This document shows positions 26,797 through 39,118 of a stretch of 64,000 nt of DNA, piece by piece. The position numbers and the translations under genes are program-made. The stretch is from assembly GCF_055900595.2 (NCBI RefSeq), contig NZ_CM148325.1; one strand, written 5' to 3'. How positions within the stretch are numbered: the stretch's first letter is position 1; each line of letters opens with the position of its first letter. The notes under the pieces are model-generated. The model did not search any database. It worked only from the letters and a program-made list of their open reading frames with translations, and was not told the origin of the DNA.

Positions 26797-28992
26797 TTAG
26801 AAACGGAAGGTTGCGGTTGCAACGACCTGACGTTCTGCGCCCCAGTAACATGCATAATCACGATAGCAACTGGAGACATATTCGCGGTCGAACAGGTTAT
26901 TTACGTTAACACCAACAGAAGAACCAGGCATACCGAAACGAGCAAGATCATATTTTATCATTGCATCAACCAAGGTATACCCCCCAACATTGAATGTCTG
27001 ATTGGTCTTATCACCCGTAGTGTAGAAACTTGAGGTGTCGCCAAAATAACGTGCCCCTGCACCAAGACTCAGACCACTAAGAGCTGTTTCGTGGAAAGTG
27101 TAATCTGCCCACAGCGAAGCCATATTTCGGGGGACCTCTGCCGGGCGTTTACCCTTGTACAATGTATCTTTGGTGTATTCAGCATCGGTGTAGCTGTATG
27201 CCGCAGTCACATTGATATTAGCGTTGACAGCTGCTTTAGCCTCAATCTCAAAGCCACGAGAACGAATCTCCCCCCCTTGTACGCTAAACAAAGTATTACT
27301 TGGATCTGCAGTCAGATTTTTGTCTTTCGTTAATTGGAATACCGAGGCAGTGACAGTGACAGGCGTATCTTTTGGTACGTATTTGACACCTGCTTCGTAC
27401 TGCTTACCGCGAGAAGGATCAAACGGTTTACCTTCTTTAGTCGCTCCAGATACTGGCTCGAAGGATTCGCTATAACTGAAATAAGGTGAAATACCATTAT
27501 CGAACAGATAATTAATACCACCTCTCCAGGTGAACTGCTGATCGTTAATTTCATCCAAAGAACTCGTTGAACGAGTATAGGTAGAGGTTTTCGCAAAATC
27601 GTAACGACCACCCAGCGTCAATACCCACTTATTCCACTCAGACTGATCCTGAATATAAAGGCCTGTCTGTTCCTGACGGTTAATTACCGCATATGGGAAA
27701 TTGATATTGATATTGGCGTTACCGTACTGTGGATCCGTCATGCTAATCGGATTAGCAGTACCATAGTTTGCATCAATATCGTTACGCATTCGCAGGTAAT
27801 CCACGCCAGTAAGCAAAGTATGCGCTACAGCACCGGTAGCAAAGTTGGACTGTAGTTGCGTATCAACAGTAAACGAATTTAAATCTTCGTCTGAACGTAC
27901 ATAAGCACGGCTAATTTGCGCTGGCGCGATGTAACCATTGCCATATACTGCATCGTAGAGTGTATGAATGCGGGTATAGCGCAGATTCTGACGTACAGTA
28001 AAAGTATCATTAAATTCATGAGCAAAACTGTAGCCAATTAATTGTTGACGACGAGACATCTTATTATCTTTCTCGCCTTCATTGAAATCTGTTGGCAATT
28101 TGTGCCAGCTACCATTTGCATCCTGATAGGGAACAACAGTTCCCTGGCGCGGTAACCAACCATAATAGCCCGCATCGGGATCACTCTGGAAATTACTCAG
28201 GAAAGTGAAATCCGTTTTATCATCAGGACGCCAACTGAATGAGGGAGCAACTGCATACCTTGTAGTTTTTGCGTACTTTTGTTGCGCATCCTGACTACGT
28301 CCTAATCCCGTCAAACGATATGACCAAACGCCATCATCATCTATTGCATCACTAAAATCGAATCCGGTCTGCCAAAGATTATCCGTTCCCATTTTGAACT
28401 GGATCTCTTTAATCGGATCCGTTGAAGGCCGTTTGCTTACCATGCTCACTACTCCGCCCGGATGGCTTTTACCATACAGTACGGATACTGGGCCACGGAG
28501 TAATTCCACACGCTCAAGGAAATAAGGATCAATAGAGGCTTCAGAGTAGTTATCCCCCTGAAGTTTTAAGCCATCCAGATATTGGTTAGTATTTACTGTA
28601 CTGGCTGTAGTAAATCCACGTATAGAAACAACATCATACGTTGTTGAACTACCACGCGTTGAAAAGACACTTGGCGTATAATCCAGAGCTTCTTTTACCG
28701 TTGCGGGTTGTTTGATATCCATCTCTTCCCGGGTCACAACCGAAATAGACTGCGGCGTTTTTTCAATTGGTGTATCCGTTTTAGTCGCAGTAGCAGAGTG
28801 CTTCGCCGCAATAGTTGCAGCTGGCCCCCATGCGCTTTCTTGCGGCGCTGGTGCAGCGGTAACGGTGATAGTGTCTTCTTTCGGTTCAACCGCTGCCTGT
28901 GCATAAACAGACATGCCGCTAACCGCTGTGGCTACTACAACTGCGATTTTACGCAGTGAGTGTTTTGGCTGAGCAGTTTTGGAACGCGCCAT
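26797..28992 (-). CDS. fhuA: TonB-dependent ferrichrome outer membrane receptor, divergent allele
   Basis: 731-aa ORF; signal peptide and TonB box (DTITVTA) and C-terminal GAERQVVATATFRF match E. coli FhuA, but the barrel/loop region differs extensively from the K-12 protein as recalled and lacks the loop cysteine pair. Confidence 0.85.
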   Translation of the reverse strand: MARSKTAQPKHSLRKIAVVVATAVSGMSVYAQAAVEPKEDTITVTAAPAPQESAWGPAATIAAKHSATATKTDTPIEKTPQSISVVTREEMDIKQPATVKEALDYTPSVFSTRGSSTTYDVVSIRGFTTASTVNTNQYLDGLKLQGDNYSEASIDPYFLERVELLRGPVSVLYGKSHPGGVVSMVSKRPSTDPIKEIQFKMGTDNLWQTGFDFSDAIDDDGVWSYRLTGLGRSQDAQQKYAKTTRYAVAPSFSWRPDDKTDFTFLSNFQSDPDAGYYGWLPRQGTVVPYQDANGSWHKLPTDFNEGEKDNKMSRRQQLIGYSFAHEFNDTFTVRQNLRYTRIHTLYDAVYGNGYIAPAQISRAYVRSDEDLNSFTVDTQLQSNFATGAVAHTLLTGVDYLRMRNDIDANYGTANPISMTDPQYGNANININFPYAVINRQEQTGLYIQDQSEWNKWVLTLGGRYDFAKTSTYTRSTSSLDEINDQQFTWRGGINYLFDNGISPYFSYSESFEPVSGATKEGKPFDPSRGKQYEAGVKYVPKDTPVTVTASVFQLTKDKNLTADPSNTLFSVQGGEIRSRGFEIEAKAAVNANINVTAAYSYTDAEYTKDTLYKGKRPAEVPRNMASLWADYTFHETALSGLSLGAGARYFGDTSSFYTTGDKTNQTFNVGGYTLVDAMIKYDLARFGMPGSSVGVNVNNLFDREYVSSCYRDYACYWGAERQVVATATFRF

Positions 28993-29012
28993 TGGTATAT
29001 CTCTGATGTAAA

Positions 29013-29047
29013 GTGAATGATAACGTAAACGAGAATGATTATTATAA
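29013..29047 (-). promoter_or_regulatory. Fur box(es) in fhuA promoter
   Basis: Minus-strand TTATAATAATCATTCTC and CGTTATCATTCAC resemble the GATAATGATAATCATTATC Fur consensus, 20-55 bp upstream of the fhuA ATG. Confidence 0.65.
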
Positions 29048-29211
29048 AGATGAGATAATATTCGAAACGCTGGCGGGTTCGCAAGCGGTACGCAATCTGA
29101 GCATTCCTGAGGGGTTAATAAACAATCAGATGAAAAGAAAGGGTTAATACTTTGGGTAGGATGTTATTTTACCGGATGGCGACTCGCCATCCGGTATGTC
29201 ACGCTTAGACG

Positions 29212-31746
29212 TTAATTACTACCAAACATATCCTTGATCCAACCTGCTACGCCGTCACTGTCTTTCTGCTCTTGCTGAGCAGGTTGCTGTTGCGGTTGTT
29301 GCTGCGGCTGAGAAGACTGATCAAACGGATTGCCTGACGGTTGCTGCTGAATCTCACTCTGCTGGCACAGCGATTGCGGATCGCTGGTCCAGACCGGCAA
29401 GACACGCATGCCACCGCTGCAGACAAAGTTGCCGTCGTAGTCCACGCCCATATCTGCAATATCTTCTGGTGGAACAAGATTCAGCGGTGTTGGTGTCTGG
29501 TTAGCCAGATAACGCTGATAAATCGACATTGCCCCACTGGCACCATACAGTTTGGTCGGCTGGTTGTTATCACGGCCTACCCAGGTGATGGTCACCGTGC
29601 TGCCGTCAATGCCCGCAAACCAGGTATCCACGTTGTTGTTGGTAGTCCCGGTTTTGCCCGCCAGATGCAGGTTCGGGTATTTCGCCCCAAGCTGACGACC
29701 CGTACCGCGTTGTACCACCTGCTGCATGGTCCATAGTGTCAGATACGCCGCCTGCGCCGGAACCGCGCGTTCCGCCTGCGGGAAGCTCTGATACAACACC
29801 TTGCCATCTTCCGCGATTACCGAACGCAGCGCAGAAAGCGGTGCTCGGTTACCACCGCTGGCGATGGTCTGGAACGCCTGCGCCACTTCAATTGGCGTTA
29901 AGTTCAACGCCCCCAGCAGCATTGCCGGAACCGGATGCAGCTGATCTTTCGGTACGCCCAGTTTAATCCAGGTATCCGTAACCGCAGGCAGCCCCAGCGC
30001 CATCCCCAGATTTACCGTCGGCACGTTCATCGAACGAGTCAACGCATCCACCAGCATCACTCTGCCACTTTCGCTATAACGACGATCATCGTTCTGCGGT
30101 GACCAGACCTGGCCATTCGGCTGACGCAGCGCGATTGGCGCATCGGCAATCCACGTGTTCAGGCGATAGATTTTCGGCTGGCTTAAGGCCGTCAGATAAG
30201 TCGCTGGTTTTGCAAGGGAACCAATCGAACGACGCGCCTGCATCGCACGGTTGTAACCTGCAAACTGCGGCTCAGAACCACCAACCATCGCACGAACTTC
30301 ACCACTAAAGCGGTCGACGACCACAATTGCCGTTTCCAGATCGCTTAACTTACGCTGTTTCTTCAGTGCCGGAATGCCTTCCACGGCGGCTTTTTCCGCC
30401 GCGTCCTGAGCCACCGAGTCAAAGGTAGTGAAGATCTTCACGCCGGAGAGATCTTTTACCTTATCGCCTAATTTCGCCTGCAGCTCCTGACGCACCAGTT
30501 GCATAAAGGCTGGCTGTGGAGAGATTACCCCACCACGCGGCTGAACCCCCAGCGGACGTGCACTCAACATGTCATAGAGCTCTTGATCAATAATCTGCTG
30601 TTGTTGCAGCAGACGCAGCACCAGGTTACGTCGCTCCAGCGCCAGTTTCGGGTTACGCCACGGGTTGTAGATGGACGCTCCTTTCACCATACCAACCAAC
30701 AGCGCCTGCTGGTCGAGACTCAGCTCTTCTACCGGGCGACCAAAGTAGTACAGGCTCGCCAGCGGGAAACCGCGGATTTCGTTGTCGCCGCTCTGACCGA
30801 GATACACCTCGTTCATATACAGCTCAAGAATGCGGTCTTTGCTGTAACGCGCATCCATGATCAGCGCCATGTAGGCTTCGTTCGCTTTACGCCAGTAAGA
30901 ACGTTCGCTGGAGAGGAACAGGTTTTTCACCAACTGTTGCGTCAGCGTACTCGCCCCCTGTACCGTGCGTCCGGCGGTCAGGTTTGCCAGCACCGCACGT
31001 CCGATGGAGTAGAGACTGATCCCATCATGCTCGTAGAAATGACGGTCTTCTGTCGCCAGCAAAGTATCCACCAGCAAATCCGGGAAACCACTGCGCGGCA
31101 CAAACAAACGCTGCTCACCGTTTGGCGAAGAGATCATGGTGATCAGACGCGGATCAAGACGGAAGAAACCAAACTGACGGTTGTTCTCCATATTGACGAT
31201 CGTCGACAGGTGATCGCCATCAAAGGTCAGACGCGCACGCACCTGCCCTTCTTTACTGTCCGGGAAATCAAACGGACGGCGGATCATCTCAATGCTGTTG
31301 GCCTGCACGGTAAATTCGCCAGGACGGGTCATTTTTGACACCTGACGATACTGGGTCGCCTCCAGCAGCTTCACCATCTCGTTCTTGCTGATGGTCATGT
31401 CTGGCTCAAGGTTGACCATTCGGCCATAAACAGCCGCAGGCAATTGCCAGACTTTGCCATCAATACGGCTACGAATTTTTTGATCGAGATAAACACCGTA
31501 AATGGCGATCAGCACGGCAAAAACGATAGCCAGTTTTAGCAGCAGCCATAGCCAGCCGCGTTTGCCACGAGGCTTACGCCCTTTGCCTTTGCCCTTACCT
31601 TTGCGCGGCATCGGTTCTTCATCCTCATAGTCATCATAATCGTCGTAATCATCGTCATCTTCGTAACGACGACGGCTTACCTTTTGTTTGACCGGACGCG
31701 TCGGTTTCCCTTTGCGTCCAATTGGCTCGCGGTCATTCCCGGCCAT
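29212..31746 (-). CDS. mrcB: penicillin-binding protein 1B (bifunctional glycosyltransferase/transpeptidase)
   Basis: 844 aa from [15 protein letters not shown]; acidic [15 protein letters not shown] tract, TP and GT motifs, Q/P-rich C-terminus; the ORF extends 5 codons further upstream. Confidence 0.9.
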   Translation of the reverse strand: MAGNDREPIGRKGKPTRPVKQKVSRRRYEDDDDYDDYDDYEDEEPMPRKGKGKGKGRKPRGKRGWLWLLLKLAIVFAVLIAIYGVYLDQKIRSRIDGKVWQLPAAVYGRMVNLEPDMTISKNEMVKLLEATQYRQVSKMTRPGEFTVQANSIEMIRRPFDFPDSKEGQVRARLTFDGDHLSTIVNMENNRQFGFFRLDPRLITMISSPNGEQRLFVPRSGFPDLLVDTLLATEDRHFYEHDGISLYSIGRAVLANLTAGRTVQGASTLTQQLVKNLFLSSERSYWRKANEAYMALIMDARYSKDRILELYMNEVYLGQSGDNEIRGFPLASLYYFGRPVEELSLDQQALLVGMVKGASIYNPWRNPKLALERRNLVLRLLQQQQIIDQELYDMLSARPLGVQPRGGVISPQPAFMQLVRQELQAKLGDKVKDLSGVKIFTTFDSVAQDAAEKAAVEGIPALKKQRKLSDLETAIVVVDRFSGEVRAMVGGSEPQFAGYNRAMQARRSIGSLAKPATYLTALSQPKIYRLNTWIADAPIALRQPNGQVWSPQNDDRRYSESGRVMLVDALTRSMNVPTVNLGMALGLPAVTDTWIKLGVPKDQLHPVPAMLLGALNLTPIEVAQAFQTIASGGNRAPLSALRSVIAEDGKVLYQSFPQAERAVPAQAAYLTLWTMQQVVQRGTGRQLGAKYPNLHLAGKTGTTNNNVDTWFAGIDGSTVTITWVGRDNNQPTKLYGASGAMSIYQRYLANQTPTPLNLVPPEDIADMGVDYDGNFVCSGGMRVLPVWTSDPQSLCQQSEIQQQPSGNPFDQSSQPQQQPQQQPAQQEQKDSDGVAGWIKDMFGSN

Positions 31747-31839
31747 GCTTTTTCTCCGCAATATTCAGGCGCAAAAGCCCGATTTTCTGTTCTTCTGTAA
31801 CAAGACAGAAGAAGATATCTCTCAAATTTACTTTGGTCT

Positions 31840-34269
31840 TCATGAATACTTTTTCGTCCGTCGCGTCGGTGCGGTATTTGCCGGATCATCCGGCCAGACG
31901 TGTTTGGGATAACGCCCTTTCATCTCTTTTTGCACATCGCGATACGCTCCTTTCCAGAAGGCGCTCAAATCTCGTGTGATTTGCAGCGGCCTTTGGGCAG
32001 GAGAAAGCAACTCCAGCACCAGCGGCACACGCCCCTGGGCGATCGTCGGATTGGTGGCCTCGCCAAACATCTCCTGCATTCTCACCGCCAGCGCGGGCGG
32101 GTTATCTTCATGGTAACGAATGGCGATCCGGCTTCCCGTCGGCACAGTGTAATGCGCAGGCAATTCACTATCCAGACGTTGCTGCATTCCCCAATCAAGT
32201 AATCCGCGTAGCGCCTGAAAAATATCGAGTGATTTCAGGCCGCGTAGCGAATGTACCCCTGTCATATGCGGCAGCAGCCACGTTTCCAGCGTCGCCAACA
32301 AACTTTCATCATCAACCGCTGGCCAGTCATATTCCGGCAACCACTTTGCGGCGCATAACAAACGCAAGCGTAGCTGTTCCGCTTCCGCCGTCCAGTTAAG
32401 CACGCTTAAGCCTTTATCACGAACGCCGTTAAGCATCGCCTGATGCAGCTCGTCTTCTGAAGGCTTCGCCAGCGGCTGCACTTTTACCGTCAGTTGACCA
32501 ATTTGCAACCGACGCCAGGCTTTCAGCGTACCTTGCGCATCATCCCACTCCACGGTGTCCGATTGCTGCACCAGCTGCGGACAGCGTTGCACTAATTCAT
32601 CGATATCGACCGGTAGCGCCAGTAAAATCCGCGCATCCGGCGAGGCGCTACCCTGCAATAATAACGGTGCGATCAACCATTCGTGGCGGCTGAGCGCATC
32701 ATCGGCATCGAGCATTGCCCCCATGCCGTTTGCCAGTTGATAGCGCCCCTCTTGCCCACGGCGGCGAGCGATGCGATCGGCAAACGCTCCGGCAAGTAAC
32801 GGTGCGATAAGCGAACTGTCTGCCTCACCGCCGCGTACGTTTAAGCGCTTTAACAGTTGCTGGCTACGTTGCTGCCAGGCAGGTTGATTGCGCGAAAACG
32901 CCACGCCCAGATCGATATTGCCCATCCGTGGTGGCTCTTCGAGAATAGCGGCAATTTTTGCAGCGGTAGCAGCTTCGTCGTCGCTCTTTGCGCTCACCAG
33001 CATTGCCGCTAAACGCGGATCGTTACCCAGCGTCGCCATTTTCTGCCCTTTCGTGCTTAGCCGTTCACCGTCCATCGCCCCCAGCATCCGCAACAGGCGT
33101 TTCGCGGCCTGTAAATTCACGGCTGGCGGTTGATCCAGCCAGCTCATCTGCGTCGGATCGCTGCATCCCCATTGCAGTAATTCCATCAGCAAACCGGAGA
33201 GATCGCTTTGTAATATTTCTGGTTCACTTTGCGCGGAGGCGCGTTCTGCTTGTTCTTTGGCGATTAAATGTAAACAGATCCCCGGCTCCAGACGTCCGGC
33301 ACGCCCGGCGCGTTGCGTCATTGATGCCTGGCTAATGCGTTGGGTAATCAGCCGCGTTAGCCCCGTGCGCGGATCAAAGCGCGCCACACGTTCCTGAGCA
33401 CAATCCACCACCAGACGAATACCTTCGATGGTTAAACTGGTTTCAGCAATATTGGTCGCCAGCACCACTTTGCGCATCCCTTGTGGTGCCGGAAGGATCG
33501 CTTTTCGCTGATCGTTCAGCGACAACGCGCCATACAGCGGGCAGAGCAACACATCACTACCGATGCGCGAAGCCAGTTGTTCCTGCACACGCTGAATTTC
33601 TCCGACACCCGGTAAAAATAACAGTAATGAGCCGCTTTCCTGATGCAGCAATTCGGCGGTGGCAACCGCCACGGCTTCATCAAAACGCTGATGAGCGGGC
33701 AGCGGTAAATATCGGCGTTCAACCGGAAACGAGCGCCCTTCTGAGATGACGACGGGCGCTTCTGGCAGCATCTGCTGCAAGCGGTCATTGTCCAGCGTAG
33801 CCGACATAATCAGTAGTTTAAGGTCATCACGCAGCCCCTGTTGCACATCGAGTAACAGCGCCAACGCCAGATCCGCCTGCAAGCTGCGCTCATGAAACTC
33901 ATCGAGGATCACCAATCCAACGCCGCTCAGTTCAGGGTCACGCTGGATCATGCGCGTCAACACGCCTTCGGTAACTACTTCCAGGCGAGTATTTGGCCCG
34001 ACACAGTTTTGCGCGCGCATCCGGTAGCCTACCGTATCACCTGTTTTTTCGTTAAGCAGTTCCGCCAGTCGTTGCGCAACGTTACGCGCCGCCAGACGAC
34101 GCGGCTCCAGCAGGATAATTTTTCCGTTAATGCCGGGATGCGCCAGCAGTTGCAGCGGCAGCCAGGTTGATTTCCCGGCCCCGGTCGGCGCACTTAATAA
34201 CACCTGCGGTGCACCATCGAGGGCAGCAAGTAACTCAGGTAAGACGGCAGCAACGGGCAACGACGACAC
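31840..34269 (-). CDS. hrpB: ATP-dependent RNA helicase HrpB (DEAH-box)
   Basis: ORF of 824 aa; Walker A APTGAGKST and DEFHER motifs; probable GTG start at VSSLPVAAVL giving 809 aa. Confidence 0.85.
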   Translation of the reverse strand: MSSLPVAAVLPELLAALDGAPQVLLSAPTGAGKSTWLPLQLLAHPGINGKIILLEPRRLAARNVAQRLAELLNEKTGDTVGYRMRAQNCVGPNTRLEVVTEGVLTRMIQRDPELSGVGLVILDEFHERSLQADLALALLLDVQQGLRDDLKLLIMSATLDNDRLQQMLPEAPVVISEGRSFPVERRYLPLPAHQRFDEAVAVATAELLHQESGSLLLFLPGVGEIQRVQEQLASRIGSDVLLCPLYGALSLNDQRKAILPAPQGMRKVVLATNIAETSLTIEGIRLVVDCAQERVARFDPRTGLTRLITQRISQASMTQRAGRAGRLEPGICLHLIAKEQAERASAQSEPEILQSDLSGLLMELLQWGCSDPTQMSWLDQPPAVNLQAAKRLLRMLGAMDGERLSTKGQKMATLGNDPRLAAMLVSAKSDDEAATAAKIAAILEEPPRMGNIDLGVAFSRNQPAWQQRSQQLLKRLNVRGGEADSSLIAPLLAGAFADRIARRRGQEGRYQLANGMGAMLDADDALSRHEWLIAPLLLQGSASPDARILLALPVDIDELVQRCPQLVQQSDTVEWDDAQGTLKAWRRLQIGQLTVKVQPLAKPSEDELHQAMLNGVRDKGLSVLNWTAEAEQLRLRLLCAAKWLPEYDWPAVDDESLLATLETWLLPHMTGVHSLRGLKSLDIFQALRGLLDWGMQQRLDSELPAHYTVPTGSRIAIRYHEDNPPALAVRMQEMFGEATNPTIAQGRVPLVLELLSPAQRPLQITRDLSAFWKGAYRDVQKEMKGRYPKHVWPDDPANTAPTRRTKKYS

Positions 34270-34342
34270 AAAACGCTCCAGAGGGTTAACATTCTTCGCG
34301 CCACATTGTAGCATCGCGGTAATGCATAACCGAGTACCTCAC

Positions 34343-35592
<1,250 letters not shown>

Positions 35593-35769
35593 TAGAGTAA
35601 GTAACTGGTTAATTTACATTCTGGTCGCGTGCGCAAATACGCTTTTCCTCACACAGTTGTCAAGTGTTACGTTTAGATAATTGCTATCCGGAAAAGCTTC
35701 TGCTATTTATAGCGGCCTCATTTTTCCCCCGAACATGGGGATCGATAGTGCGTGTTAAGGAGAAGCAAC

Positions 35770-36225
35770 ATGCAAGAAGGGCAAAACCGTAAAACATCGT
35801 CCCTGAGTATTCTCGCCATCGCTGGGGTGGAGCCATATCAGGAGAAGCCGGGCGAAGAGTATATGAACGAAGCCCAGCTGGCGCACTTCCGTCGTATTCT
35901 GGAAGCATGGCGTAATCAACTCAGGGATGAAGTCGATCGCACCGTTACACATATGCAGGATGAAGCAGCCAACTTCCCGGACCCGGTAGACCGTGCAGCC
36001 CAGGAAGAAGAGTTCAGCCTCGAACTGCGTAACCGCGATCGCGAGCGTAAGCTGATCAAAAAGATCGAGAAAACGCTGAAAAAAGTGGAAGACGAAGATT
36101 TCGGCTACTGCGAATCTTGCGGTGTTGAAATTGGTATTCGTCGTCTGGAAGCGCGCCCGACAGCCGATCTGTGCATCGACTGCAAAACGCTGGCTGAAAT
36201 TCGCGAAAAACAGATGGCTGGCTAA
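35770..36225 (+). CDS. dksA: RNA polymerase-binding transcription factor DksA
   Basis: 151 aa from [20 protein letters not shown]4 zinc finger [25 protein letters not shown]. Confidence 0.92.
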   Translation: MQEGQNRKTSSLSILAIAGVEPYQEKPGEEYMNEAQLAHFRRILEAWRNQLRDEVDRTVTHMQDEAANFPDPVDRAAQEEEFSLELRNRDRERKLIKKIEKTLKKVEDEDFGYCESCGVEIGIRRLEARPTADLCIDCKTLAEIREKQMAG

Positions 36226-36252
36226 TTACAGCCGTTCCATCACGTTTACCAC

Positions 36253-36281
36253 AGGCGGGAAATGCTCCCGCCTTATTTTTT
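36253..36281 (+). terminator. dksA intrinsic terminator abutting the gluQ start
   Basis: AGGCGGGA-AATGC-TCCCGCCT followed by TATTTTTT, ending 10 nt before the gluQ ATG. Confidence 0.75.
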
Positions 36282-36291
36282 GTTCAACGAG

Positions 36292-37188
36292 ATGACAGAC
36301 ACACACTATATTGGTCGCTTCGCCCCCTCTCCTTCTGGCGAGCTTCATTTTGGCTCTCTGATTGCCGCGCTTGGAAGCTTTCTACAGGCTCGCGCCCGGC
36401 AAGGTCGCTGGCTTGTTCGCATTGAAGATATCGATCCGCCTCGTGAAGTTCCCGGTGCCGCAGAGACCATCCTGCGCCAGCTGGAACATTACGGTCTACA
36501 CTGGGACGGCGATGTTCTCTGGCAATCGCAACGTCACGACGCCTATCGCGAAGCACTCGCATGGTTACATGAGCAAGGGTTAAGTTATTACTGCACCTGC
36601 ACGCGCGCACGTATTCAAAGCATTGGCGGTATTTACGACGGTCATTGCCGGGAGTTGCATCATGGGCCAGAAAACGCTGCTGTACGTATTCGCCAGCAGC
36701 ATCCGGTCACCCAGTTTACTGACCAGCTGCGCGGCATTATTCATGCCGACCAAAAACTGGCGCGGGAAGATTTTATTATTCATCGTCGTGATGGTTTATT
36801 TGCCTATAACCTGGCGGTGGTGGTGGATGATCACTTCCAGGGCGTGAGCGAAATTGTCCGCGGGGCAGATTTGATCGAACCGACAGTGCGGCAAATCTCG
36901 CTGTACCAGCTTTTTGGCTGGCAGGTGCCAGATTACATTCATTTGCCACTGGCACTTAATCCACAAGGCGCTAAACTTTCCAAGCAGAATCATGCGCCTG
37001 CGTTGCCAAAAGGCGATCCTCGGCCGGTGTTAATCGCGGCACTTCAATTTCTGGGCCAGCAGGCAGAAACACACTGGCAGGATTTCAGCGTTGAGCAAAT
37101 TCTCCAGTCAGCCGTCACAAACTGGACGCTGACTACCATTCCTGAGTCGGCAATTGTAAATTCAACATTCTCAAATGCGTCATGCTGA
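36292..37188 (+). CDS. gluQ: glutamyl-Q tRNA(Asp) synthetase
   Basis: 298 aa from [23 protein letters not shown] (class I aaRS HIGH-like motif). Confidence 0.88.
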   Translation: MTDTHYIGRFAPSPSGELHFGSLIAALGSFLQARARQGRWLVRIEDIDPPREVPGAAETILRQLEHYGLHWDGDVLWQSQRHDAYREALAWLHEQGLSYYCTCTRARIQSIGGIYDGHCRELHHGPENAAVRIRQQHPVTQFTDQLRGIIHADQKLAREDFIIHRRDGLFAYNLAVVVDDHFQGVSEIVRGADLIEPTVRQISLYQLFGWQVPDYIHLPLALNPQGAKLSKQNHAPALPKGDPRPVLIAALQFLGQQAETHWQDFSVEQILQSAVTNWTLTTIPESAIVNSTFSNASC

Positions 37189-37247
37189 GCTATGATTAGC
37201 CGCTATTTTTTTGTCCTGAATGATGTTTGACACTACCGAGGTGTACT

Positions 37248-38645
37248 ATTTTTACCCGAGTCGCTAATTTTTGCCGCAAGGTGCTAAGCCGCGAGGAAAG
37301 CGAGGCTGAACAGGCAGTCGCCCGTCCACAGGTGACGGTGATCCCGCGTGAGCAGCATGCTATTTCCCGCAAAGATATCAGTGAAAATGCCCTGAAGGTA
37401 ATGTACAGGCTCAATAAAGCGGGATACGAAGCCTGGTTGGTTGGCGGCGGCGTGCGCGACCTGTTACTTGGCAAAAAGCCGAAAGATTTTGACGTAACCA
37501 CTAACGCCACGCCTGAGCAGGTGCGCAAACTGTTCCGTAACTGCCGCCTGGTGGGTCGCCGTTTCCGTCTGGCTCATGTGATGTTTGGCCCGGAGATTAT
37601 CGAAGTTGCGACCTTCCGGGGACATCACGAAGGTAACGTCAGCGACCGCACGACCTCCCAACGCGGGCAAAACGGCATGTTGCTGCGCGACAACATTTTC
37701 GGTTCCATCGAAGAAGACGCCCAGCGCCGCGATTTCACCATCAATAGCCTGTATTACAGCGTGGCGGATTTTACGGTCCGCGATTACGTTGGTGGCATGA
37801 AGGATCTGAAAGACGGCGTTATCCGTCTGATTGGTAACCCGGAAACGCGCTACCGTGAAGATCCGGTACGTATGCTGCGCGCGGTTCGTTTTGCCGCCAA
37901 ATTGGGCATGCGCATCAGCCCGGAAACCGCAGAACCGATCCCACGCCTGGCAACCCTGCTAAACGATATTCCTCCGGCACGCCTGTTTGAAGAATCGCTT
38001 AAACTGCTACAAGCGGGCTACGGTTACGAAACCTATAAACTGTTGTGTGAATACCATCTGTTCCAGCCGCTGTTCCCGACCATTACCCGCTACTTTACGG
38101 AAAATGGTGACAGTCCAATGGAGCGGATCATTGAGCAGGTGCTGAAGAATACTGACACGCGTATTCATAACGATATGCGCGTCAACCCGGCGTTCCTGTT
38201 TGCCGCCATGTTCTGGTATCCCCTGCTGGAAACAGCACAGAAAATCGCGCAAGAGAGCGGCCTGACTTATCACGACGCTTTCGCGCTGGCAATGAACGAT
38301 GTGTTAGACGAAGCCTGCCGTTCACTGGCGATCCCGAAACGGCTAACCACTTTAACGCGTGATATCTGGCAGTTACAGTTGCGCATGTCCCGCCGTCAGG
38401 GTAAACGCGCATGGAAATTACTCGAACATCCGAAGTTCCGTGCCGCTTATGACCTGCTGGCACTGCGTGCTGAAGTAGAACGCAACGCCGAGCTACAACG
38501 TCTGGCGAAATGGTGGGGTGAGTTCCAGGTTTCCGCGCCGCCGGACCAAAAAGGGATGCTTAACGAACTGGATGAAGAACCGTCACCGCGTCGTCGTACT
38601 CGTCGCCCGCGCAGACGTGCGCCGCGCCGTGAGGGCACCGCATGA
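37248..38645 (+). CDS. pcnB: poly(A) polymerase I
   Basis: 465-aa protein [15 protein letters not shown]...; in-frame ORF begins at TTG 37227 but the conserved start position corresponds to ATT at 37248 (known non-canonical AUU initiation in E. coli). Confidence 0.8.
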   Translation: MFTRVANFCRKVLSREESEAEQAVARPQVTVIPREQHAISRKDISENALKVMYRLNKAGYEAWLVGGGVRDLLLGKKPKDFDVTTNATPEQVRKLFRNCRLVGRRFRLAHVMFGPEIIEVATFRGHHEGNVSDRTTSQRGQNGMLLRDNIFGSIEEDAQRRDFTINSLYYSVADFTVRDYVGGMKDLKDGVIRLIGNPETRYREDPVRMLRAVRFAAKLGMRISPETAEPIPRLATLLNDIPPARLFEESLKLLQAGYGYETYKLLCEYHLFQPLFPTITRYFTENGDSPMERIIEQVLKNTDTRIHNDMRVNPAFLFAAMFWYPLLETAQKIAQESGLTYHDAFALAMNDVLDEACRSLAIPKRLTTLTRDIWQLQLRMSRRQGKRAWKLLEHPKFRAAYDLLALRAEVERNAELQRLAKWWGEFQVSAPPDQKGMLNELDEEPSPRRRTRRPRRRAPRREGTA

Positions 38646-39118
38646 CAGTGGCGTATATTGCTATCGGCAGCAATCTGGCCTCTCCGCTGGAGCAGGTCAA
38701 TGCTGCCCTGAAGGCAATAGATGACATTCCTGAAAGCCGCATTCTTGCCGTTTCTTCGTTTTACCGCACCCCACCACTGGGGCCGCAAGATCAACCCGAT
38801 TACTTAAACGCAGCCGTGGCGCTGGAAACCTCTCTTACAGCTGAAGAACTCCTCAACCACACACAGCGTATTGAGTTGCAGCAAGGTCGCGTCCGCAAAG
38901 CTGAACGCTGGGGACCGCGCACGCTCGATCTTGATATCATGTTGTTTGGTAATCAGGTCATAAACACTGAGCGCCTGACCGTTCCGCACTATGATATGAA
39001 GAATCGTGGATTTATGTTGTGGCCGCTGTTTGAGATCGCGCCGGAACTGGTGTTTCCTGATGGTGAAACGCTGCAAGCAAGACTCACTACTTTCCCTCCC
39101 TGCCCACAGCACTGGTAA
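38642..39118 (+). CDS. folK: 2-amino-4-hydroxy-6-hydroxymethyldihydropteridine pyrophosphokinase
   Basis: 158-aa [31 protein letters not shown] overlaps pcnB stop (ATGA); C-terminal approx. 18 residues differ from the K-12 protein as recalled. Confidence 0.85.
   Translation: MTVAYIAIGSNLASPLEQVNAALKAIDDIPESRILAVSSFYRTPPLGPQDQPDYLNAAVALETSLTAEELLNHTQRIELQQGRVRKAERWGPRTLDLDIMLFGNQVINTERLTVPHYDMKNRGFMLWPLFEIAPELVFPDGETLQARLTTFPPCPQHW

Noticed and set aside
26747-26851. N-terminal extension of fhuC to 300 aa
   Set aside because: Conserved FhuC begins at MQEYTNHSD; the extension would overlap the fhuA 3' end
30499-31338. 279-aa ORF on the plus strand
   Set aside because: Antisense to mrcB; no start context; mrcB is conserved across this span
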